From Clostridiales bacterium (GTDB lineage: Bacteria; Bacillota; Clostridia; Oscillospirales; CAG-272): a stretch of DNA of 64,000 bases. Of this stretch, positions 57,936 to 64,000 are shown piece by piece. The first letter of the stretch is position 1. Every line of letters begins with the position of its first letter. The position numbers and the translations under genes were made by a program. The notes under the pieces were generated by a model. The model did not search any database, was not told where the DNA came from, and saw only the letters and a list, made by a program, of their open reading frames with translations. The stretch is taken from the NCBI GenBank assembly GCA_022800625.1, contig JAAWQR010000005.1, forward strand, positions 19,333 through 83,332, read 5' to 3'.

Positions 57936-59327
57936 TTACAGCTCGCAGTTGCCTACTGTTCGCGGGAAGGGAAGTACGTCACGAATGTTTGAAACTCCTG
58001 TCAGATACATTACGCATCTTTCAAATCCTAGACCGAATCCTGCATGTCTTGCAGAGCCGTATTTCCTCAGATCAAGATAAAATCCGTATGATTCTTCATC
58101 GAGTCCGAGTTCAGCCATGCGTCCTTTCAGCTTTTCAAGGTCATCTTCACGCTGTGAGCCACCGATGATCTCGCCGATTCCGGGCACAAGACAGTCCATA
58201 GCGGCAACTGTCTTTTCGTCCTCGTTCAGCTTCATATAGAAAGCTTTGATTTCCTTAGGATAGTCAGTTACAAATACGGGACGCTTGAAAATTTCCTCTG
58301 TAAGATATCTTTCATGCTCTGTCTGAAGATCACAGCCCCAATATACCTTATAGTCAAATTTATCGTTGTTCTCTTCAAGCAGACGTACAGCTTCAGTGTA
58401 TGTTACGCGCCCAAAATCAGAGCTTGCAACATGTTCAAGGCGTTCGAGTAGTCCTTTATCAACAAAGCTGTTAAAGAATTTCATTTCTTCAGGCGCATTT
58501 GCCATAACATAGCGGATAATGAACTTGATCATATCTTCTGCAAGATCCATGTCGTCGTTAAGGTCAGCAAAAGCGATCTCAGGCTCGATCATCCAAAATT
58601 CTGCCGCATGACGCGTGGTGTTTGAATTTTCCGCACGGAATGTCGGTCCGAATGTGTAGATATTCTTGAACGCCATAGCATAGGTTTCACCGTTAAGCTG
58701 TCCCGATACTGTGAGATTTGCGCTTTTTCCAAAGAAATCTCCGCTGAAATCGACTTTTCCGTCATCTGTTTTCGGAACATTTTCCATGTCAAGCGTCGTT
58801 ACGCGGAACATCTCCCCTGCACCTTCGCAGTCGCTTCCCGTAATGATCGGCGTGTGAACGTATACGAAATTTCTCTCTTGGAAGAATTTATGGATAGCGT
58901 AAGCTGCAAGAGAGCGTACACGGAATACTGCCTGGAACAGATTTGTGCGCGGACGAAGGTGAGATATAGTTCTGAGGTATTCAGGACTGTGGCGCTTCTT
59001 TTGAAGCGGATAATCGGGTGTTGACGCACCTTCAAGCACAACGCTGTCAGCATGGATTTCAAACGGCTGCTTTGCGTCAGGGGTAAGAACGATACGACCT
59101 ACCACAACTATTGCCGAGCCTACGTTATATTTTGAGATTTCAGAAAAATTATCAAGGTTATTATCATATACTATCTGAACGGGTTCAAAAAATGTACCAT
59201 CCGAAAGTGTAATAAATCCAAATGTTTTTGAGTCTCTGATGCTTCTGACCCAGCCGCCGACTTTTACACTGTCTTTAGATACCGAATCCATATCGCGGTA
59301 CAGGGTTCTTACTGAAGTTAGCTCCAT
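57936..59327 (-). CDS. asnS: Asparagine--tRNA ligase
   Basis: Class IIb synthetase of 463 aa with [21 protein letters not shown] and GFGLGFER motifs. AGGAGG SD. Confidence 0.92.
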   Translation of the reverse strand: MELTSVRTLYRDMDSVSKDSVKVGGWVRSIRDSKTFGFITLSDGTFFEPVQIVYDNNLDNFSEISKYNVGSAIVVVGRIVLTPDAKQPFEIHADSVVLEGASTPDYPLQKKRHSPEYLRTISHLRPRTNLFQAVFRVRSLAAYAIHKFFQERNFVYVHTPIITGSDCEGAGEMFRVTTLDMENVPKTDDGKVDFSGDFFGKSANLTVSGQLNGETYAMAFKNIYTFGPTFRAENSNTTRHAAEFWMIEPEIAFADLNDDMDLAEDMIKFIIRYVMANAPEEMKFFNSFVDKGLLERLEHVASSDFGRVTYTEAVRLLEENNDKFDYKVYWGCDLQTEHERYLTEEIFKRPVFVTDYPKEIKAFYMKLNEDEKTVAAMDCLVPGIGEIIGGSQREDDLEKLKGRMAELGLDEESYGFYLDLRKYGSARHAGFGLGFERCVMYLTGVSNIRDVLPFPRTVGNCEL

Positions 59328-59697
59328 ATACGGACCTCCTGAAATTTATTTTGCGCTGAGTATAGGAGATACGGGGATACGCTTACTTTTTTGTAAAAAG
59401 TAAGACAAAAAACTTTAAAATGGATTTTATTTCCTTTGTTTATTGTATTTGTTGCCTCATATCTTCTCACATCAGCACGCTAACATATAATATATTTATT
59501 CTATCACAATTTATAGCTTTTGTAAACGGCTTGAATAGTATTTTTTTCCTTAAAAACTTGAACTCTAAGTTAAGGTCGACTCATATTTTAGTGCAAAGCA
59601 ATAAAACCGGCGGTTGAATTATTTTTTACAAGCTATGCTTGAAAAACACGGTAACTGCTGATATACTTGACTGTAAAGAGTAAGTGCGTCGAAAGGT

Positions 59698-60603
59698 ATG
59701 ATAATTTTGAAAAATAACAGGCTTTTATGCTCGACGGGAGCAATGGTCGGACGGGAAAACGGATATAATTATAAAAGAGCGCTGTCGGTTATTGCAAAGC
59801 TTAAAGAAAAAGAACTTTTATACGGCGGCGAGCTTATGATGCTTAAATTTTATTATGATAAGCGCGAAAGTATAGTATCGGAGGTTCTCAGATCTGATGT
59901 GCCGTTTCCTCTGATTCACTGTGAAAAGGGAATCGGAACGGATCTTTCACATGCCGCTTATCTTGACTCTGCAGGTGAGTATAAGAGTGCAGAAGCTCTG
60001 CTTTTCGATACAATTGAGCATTTTCGCTTGAATTGCCGTTTCGGAGAAGATATAGGCGCTCGATATATGGTACTTCATCTTTGGGGCGGTCTCGATTCGG
60101 ACAGCTATGTTCAATATAATATATCAAAGCTCGGCTTGCTTACGGATATTGCGTCGGGGCACGGTATTGATTTGCTTCTTGAAAACGTTCCGTGTACAAC
60201 GCGCGATCCTTTGTCAAATTGGCTGAGCATAATAGAAAGATATCCCAAGTCCGAGTTGATATTCGATACAAGATTTGCAACGGTGCATGAACAGGCGGAA
60301 GCGACGCTTTCGTGCGTCGGCATAATTGACAGGCTTCGTCATATTCATGTCAGCGACTGTGCATATACATTGTTTGAGAATGCATATATGCAAAACGGTA
60401 TGCGTGATTTTTCGTGCTTGCGTCCGATACTTCATCCGTATGAAGGAATAGTAAAGCTTGATGATATAGCCGCGTCTCTCGCAAAGCTTGGTTATACGGG
60501 AACAGTTACGCTGGAATCACCCGTAATGGAGGGAGAAGAACTTAATACCGCGCGTCTCGAATCATCATTCAGAAAATTATCCGATATTTTTCATGCGGAT
60601 TGA
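59698..60603 (+). CDS. Sugar phosphate isomerase/epimerase (xylose isomerase-like TIM barrel) family protein
   Basis: Weak motif-level match (LHLWGG...LLLENVP...IHVSD...TLE). The start codon is uncertain because the SD spacing is very short. Confidence 0.45.
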   Translation: MIILKNNRLLCSTGAMVGRENGYNYKRALSVIAKLKEKELLYGGELMMLKFYYDKRESIVSEVLRSDVPFPLIHCEKGIGTDLSHAAYLDSAGEYKSAEALLFDTIEHFRLNCRFGEDIGARYMVLHLWGGLDSDSYVQYNISKLGLLTDIASGHGIDLLLENVPCTTRDPLSNWLSIIERYPKSELIFDTRFATVHEQAEATLSCVGIIDRLRHIHVSDCAYTLFENAYMQNGMRDFSCLRPILHPYEGIVKLDDIAASLAKLGYTGTVTLESPVMEGEELNTARLESSFRKLSDIFHAD

Positions 60604-60613
60604 CCTTTGAACA

Positions 60614-60642
60614 TTGTAATTTTCTCACACCTGTGATAAAAT
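60614..60642 (+). promoter_or_regulatory. Sigma-A type promoter upstream of the MutS-like gene
   Basis: TTGTAA, 17 nt, TAAAAT with TG extension (TGATAAAAT). Confidence 0.55.
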
Positions 60643-60684
60643 AATAAGTAATATTTTCGGTGCGTGAAGATGCGGCAGCCTCTT

Positions 60685-60760
60685 GAAACTGCGTTTTAAC
60701 GAAACGAGCGTTTCAATGAAACGAGCGTTTCAACAAAATGAGCATTTCAATGAAATGATC
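60685..60760 (+). repeat. Tandem array (about 4.5 copies) of a 17-bp unit, each an internal palindrome GAAACG-AG-CGTTTC
   Basis: Units at 60685, 60701, 60718, 60735 and 60752. The two central units are near-identical (one mismatch at the last base). The array is enclosed by long-range complementary arms, 60662-60677 and 60761-60785. Confidence 0.8.
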
Positions 60761-60819
60761 TTGCCGCAAGTCGGAGCTTCACGCTTCGTTCAGAAAATGG
60801 TTCTGTAAAACAAATATAT

Positions 60820-62454
60820 ATGTCAGAAAACAGTATAATAACAGATACGGCGGATATAAGCCTTTTGTATCCCACCGACGCGGCGAGAGAACATTCGCTT
60901 AACCGCAGATGTCGGGATGCCTTATCGGAATATACGGCAGAACAGCTTGAGCTTTACCGTCTGATAGATGTGAAAAATTCACCCGTCGGAGAATTCTTTA
61001 CCGATGACCGTGATGTGCTGCTATACCGTCAGGAGACATTTCGCGATATACTTGCCTTTCCTGAACTGTCGGAGCTTTTGAAGGGGCTTATTCCTTTGCT
61101 TGAGGATATAGTTGAGCTACGGCGCATGAGCCATGAAAACTCTGCATCGGCGGAGTCATATCTTTACAGCATAACAGAAGTGGAGCTATATACCTCAATT
61201 ATATCAATGATGAAAGAGACTCTGATTCCGCTGAAGGATAAAGTATCGGGCAGAGCGTTCGGAAATCTTGCGAAGGCGGTAGACATTCTGACCGAAAGCG
61301 AGTATTATAAAAATATAAACCGTCAGCTTGAAGATCTGACCTCTCGCGTCAGGGAAGTAAAGAGCGTTACTATCGGTGTGAATCTCGATTCAAGGCTGAA
61401 AGCCGAATCGGCAGGTGTCTTGTCAGTTAATAACGATAAATTCAAGTCCGGACAGCTCATTGACCGCGTTCTGAGATTGGATTTTAAGCAAGGAGACATG
61501 ACCTGCATAGCTCCGCTCGTTCCGTTCAGACGTGACCAGTCGGAAAATCAGCAGCTTGCGCTGACATACGCGCTCAGCTCCGCGCTCAGCGAGGTATATA
61601 AATCGTCTATACGTTCGTGGAAAAAAGTTATACGCTCGTACGTGCTTGAAAATACGGATTTTCTCATAAAGCTGCTTCCCGAGATAGAATTTGTGACAAA
61701 GGCTGCAGAAACTCTTACAGATCTTGTTTCTCACGGCTGTCCTCTTTGCTATCCCGAGATTGTAGCTCCGAATGAACTTAAATTTTCCGCGCGCGGACTT
61801 TGCAATCCTGTAGTATCAATGAAGCTTGAGGGAGAAGTCGTGCCGAATGATTTCACATTTGATGAAAACGGCATGATTTATATTCTTACAGGTCCTAACA
61901 GAGGCGGAAAATCGGTCATAACATGCGCTGTCGGTATTGCTTTTGCGATGGCAGGACTCGGACTTCCGGTTTGCGCCGAATCGTGTAAGGTAAGTCCTGC
62001 GGACGCAATATTTACACATTTTCCGCAGGGAAGCGAGGATACGATAGACAAGGGCAGACTCGGAGAGGAATGTGCGCGTCTTGAAGGCGTGCTTGATCTT
62101 GTGACCTCTCACAGTCTTGTGCTGCTCGACGAGTCGTTCTCATCAACGGGAGCATATGAGGGTTCTGTCATAGCGGGAGAGGTAATATGCGGATTTGCCG
62201 CAGTAGGATGCCGTGCGATCTTTTCAACACATCTTCATGAGCTTGCCTCACGAACCGATGAGCTGAACGCAAGATGTGCTGAGGCGGGCGGTGTCAGGAT
62301 AGATAATCTTGTAGCTGAGGTTGACGGATCTAAGCGCAGCTTTAAAATCGTAAGGAAATCTCCCGACGGAAAGAGCTATGCGGCAGACATAGCGGGAAAA
62401 TACGGACTTTCATTTGATAAAATAAGAGAAAAAATAAAAGGCGGAAGAGCCTGA
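60820..62454 (+). CDS. MutS family ATPase paralog (domain V only; no mismatch-binding or Smr domain recognised)
   Basis: Walker A LTGPNRGGKSV, Walker B LVLLDESFSSTG and STHLHEL motif in the C-terminal third. The N-terminal ~330 aa are unassigned. No obvious SD. Confidence 0.75.
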   Translation: MSENSIITDTADISLLYPTDAAREHSLNRRCRDALSEYTAEQLELYRLIDVKNSPVGEFFTDDRDVLLYRQETFRDILAFPELSELLKGLIPLLEDIVELRRMSHENSASAESYLYSITEVELYTSIISMMKETLIPLKDKVSGRAFGNLAKAVDILTESEYYKNINRQLEDLTSRVREVKSVTIGVNLDSRLKAESAGVLSVNNDKFKSGQLIDRVLRLDFKQGDMTCIAPLVPFRRDQSENQQLALTYALSSALSEVYKSSIRSWKKVIRSYVLENTDFLIKLLPEIEFVTKAAETLTDLVSHGCPLCYPEIVAPNELKFSARGLCNPVVSMKLEGEVVPNDFTFDENGMIYILTGPNRGGKSVITCAVGIAFAMAGLGLPVCAESCKVSPADAIFTHFPQGSEDTIDKGRLGEECARLEGVLDLVTSHSLVLLDESFSSTGAYEGSVIAGEVICGFAAVGCRAIFSTHLHELASRTDELNARCAEAGGVRIDNLVAEVDGSKRSFKIVRKSPDGKSYAADIAGKYGLSFDKIREKIKGGRA

Positions 62455-62475
62455 TAAAAAGAGAGGGCGAAAACT

Positions 62476-62952
62476 ATGAATGAAGTTCTGAAAATGCTTG
62501 AAAACGACGGCAGACTGAGTCATGAGTCTATAGCAAGAATGCTTGACAAGGAAACGGGCGATATAAAAAAGATGGTAGAGGATTATGAGCGCGACGGCGT
62601 AATTCTCGGATATAAGGCGATAATCGACTGGGACAAAACGGACAGGGAATATGTGTCCGCGCTGATTGAGCTGAAGATCACGCCGCATATCGGTCACGGC
62701 TATGACCGCGTTGCCGAAAAAATATACGGTTATCCCGAGGTTGAGAGCCTGTATTTGATGTCGGGAAGCTTTGACCTTGCAGTTTTGATCGAGGGCAAAA
62801 CAATGCGCGAGGTTGCGTTCTTTGTTGCGGAAAAATTGGCGGCTCTTGAAGATGTTATTTCAACATCTACGCATTTTGTACTGCGTAAATATAAGGATAA
62901 GGGCATTGTTTACGGTGCTGTTCCGGTTGACGAGCGAGGAAATATTATCTGA
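62476..62952 (+). CDS. Lrp/AsnC family transcriptional regulator
   Basis: N-terminal HTH (LENDGRLSHESIARMLD) and a C-terminal RAM/AsnC_trans_reg-like domain. Confidence 0.85.
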   Translation: MNEVLKMLENDGRLSHESIARMLDKETGDIKKMVEDYERDGVILGYKAIIDWDKTDREYVSALIELKITPHIGHGYDRVAEKIYGYPEVESLYLMSGSFDLAVLIEGKTMREVAFFVAEKLAALEDVISTSTHFVLRKYKDKGIVYGAVPVDERGNII

Positions 62953-64000
62953 TGATCGACTACAGTAAAATTTTAACTCCTACGATACAGGAAATGAAGC
63001 CTTCGGGAATTCGCAAGTTTTTTGATCTTTTAGAGACTCATAAAAACGCGATATCGCTTACGATAGGCGAGCCTGATTTTACAACTCCGTGGCATATTCG
63101 CGAAGCGGGAATCCACAGTCTTGAAAAGGGACGAACGTACTATACTTCCAACAGCGGAACGCTTGAGCTTCGCGAAGCTATATCGGAATATTTGTCGCGT
63201 AAGTTCAATCTTTCGTATTGTCCTAAAAATGAGATTGTGGTAACCGTCGGAGGAAGCGAAGCGATTGACGCGGCGATGAGAGCCGTAGTTGCTCCCGGTG
63301 ACGAGGTGATTATCCCACAGCCTTCGTTCGTATGCTACGGACCTCTTTGCACGCTTTGCGGCGGCGTGCCTGTATATATAAATACAAAGGAAGAGAATAA
63401 ATTTAAGCTTACTGCCGATGAGCTGAGATCGGCGATAACCCCGAGGACAAAACTGCTCGTGCTTCCGTATCCGAACAATCCGACGGGAGCTGTTATGACC
63501 AGAGCGGAACTTGAACAGCTTGCCGAAGTCCTCAGAGAAACAAACATCATGGTGCTTTCCGATGAAATATACGGAGAGCTTACATACGGCATGAGGCATA
63601 CGTCTATTGCGGAGCTTGACGGTATGCGTGAGAGAACGATCCTCGCCAGCGGCTTTTCCAAAGCATACGCCATGACGGGCTGGAGACTCGGCTACCTCTG
63701 CGCGCCGCGTGAGCTTGCAGTGCAGATGCTGAAGATACATCAGTATGCGATAATGTGCGCGCCGACGACTTCTCAGTTTGCGGCAATTGAGGCAATGCGC
63801 AACGGAGACTCTGACATTGATATGATGCGCGAAGAATATAACAGGCGCAGAAGATTTCTTGTAAGCGGTCTTCGCAAGATCGGTATATCCTGCTTTGAGC
63901 CGGAGGGCGCGTTCTACGCATATCCGAACATTTCGTCATTCGGAATGACAAGCGAGGAATTCTGCAAGCGGCTTCTTGACGAATACAATGTGGCGATCGT
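62952..64000 (+). CDS. Class I/II pyridoxal-phosphate aminotransferase, 3'-truncated by window edge
   Basis: Not in the ORF track because it has no stop. ATG 62952 overlaps the Lrp stop (ATGA). My translation gives MIDYSKILTP...KPSGIRKFFDL...NNPTG...SGFSKAYAMTGWRLGY (PLP-Lys motif). Confidence 0.85.
   Translation, partial: MIDYSKILTPTIQEMKPSGIRKFFDLLETHKNAISLTIGEPDFTTPWHIREAGIHSLEKGRTYYTSNSGTLELREAISEYLSRKFNLSYCPKNEIVVTVGGSEAIDAAMRAVVAPGDEVIIPQPSFVCYGPLCTLCGGVPVYINTKEENKFKLTADELRSAITPRTKLLVLPYPNNPTGAVMTRAELEQLAEVLRETNIMVLSDEIYGELTYGMRHTSIAELDGMRERTILASGFSKAYAMTGWRLGYLCAPRELAVQMLKIHQYAIMCAPTTSQFAAIEAMRNGDSDIDMMREEYNRRRRFLVSGLRKIGISCFEPEGAFYAYPNISSFGMTSEEFCKRLLDEYNVAI

Noticed and set aside
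59328-59697. T-box leader upstream of asnS
   Set aside because: The leader is long enough (about 170 nt from a TTTACA-17-TAGAAT promoter on the minus strand). However, I could not find the conserved T-box sequence (AAnnnGGGTGGTACCGCG) or a terminator/antiterminator pair.
60685-60760. LexA (Cheo box) operators or a CRISPR array for the 17-bp repeats
   Set aside because: The Firmicute SOS box is GAAC-N4-GTTC. The units here are GAAAC-N4-GTTTC, which does not fit. There are no unique spacers between units, and the unit is far shorter than a CRISPR repeat. No cas genes are present.
63030-63951. Three overlapping minus-strand ORFs (63030..63740, 63335..63673, 63604..63951)
   Set aside because: They are antisense to the plus-strand aminotransferase (62952 to the window end), which has clear PLP-enzyme motifs. 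That gene is missing from the ORF track only because it has no stop inside the window.

Overview
All calls below come from by-eye reading of the sequence and the supplied ORF track. No BLAST, HMM or covariance searches were run, so family names are motif-based.

The window looks like chromosomal DNA from a Clostridia-class Firmicute. An Oscillospiraceae/Ruminococcaceae-like origin is my inference from gene content. It is densely coding, with about 55 protein genes. I saw no rRNA, tRNA, CRISPR array, transposase or integrase.

**Main blocks**
- **1-8.1 kb:** a CvpA-like protein, a ClpE/ClpC-like AAA+ unfoldase, a P-type-ATPase homolog with every catalytic motif degenerate, and an Mrp/NBP35 protein.
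- **8.2-16.6 kb:** a HydABC/Hnd-type [FeFe] hydrogenase operon. It is split by a six-gene signalling insert: 2x DRTGG, 2x GHKL ATPase, a HydS-like sensory hydrogenase paralog and a PHP phosphoesterase.
- **16.8-21.1 kb:** a TPP-riboswitch-controlled operon, thiE-GNAT-HAD-thiD-thiC.
- **21.1-26.6 kb (minus strand):** asnB, an ATP-grasp ligase, an Asp racemase and murE. The murE product carries DNPD instead of DNPR. This looks like a Lys-type peptidoglycan D-Asp/D-Asn cross-bridge pathway.
- **26.8-29.1 kb:** an AT-rich two-gene islet (cytoplasmic S41-like protein plus an SdpI-family protein). It is bracketed by two copies of a ~70-bp promoter-containing repeat.
- **29.4-49.6 kb:** a G5/3D cell-wall protein with a long leader, then gatB, gatA and a possible gatC, nfo, yihY, mltG, a CPBP protease, 5-FCL, DJ-1, ftsK, a split TSUP transporter, an M14 peptidase, FucU, a SpoVK-like AAA+ ATPase with a heptad-repeat protein, GDPD, a kinase-like P-loop protein and a VOC protein.
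- **49.9-64 kb:** an isolated rpoB-rpoC pair whose products have acidic C-terminal tails, then asnS, a TIM-barrel isomerase, a MutS-domain-V paralog preceded by a 17-bp palindromic tandem array, Lrp, and a 3'-truncated aminotransferase that the ORF track missed.

**Best candidate for an under-described system:** the DRTGG/GHKL/PHP/HydS-like module inside the hydrogenase operon.
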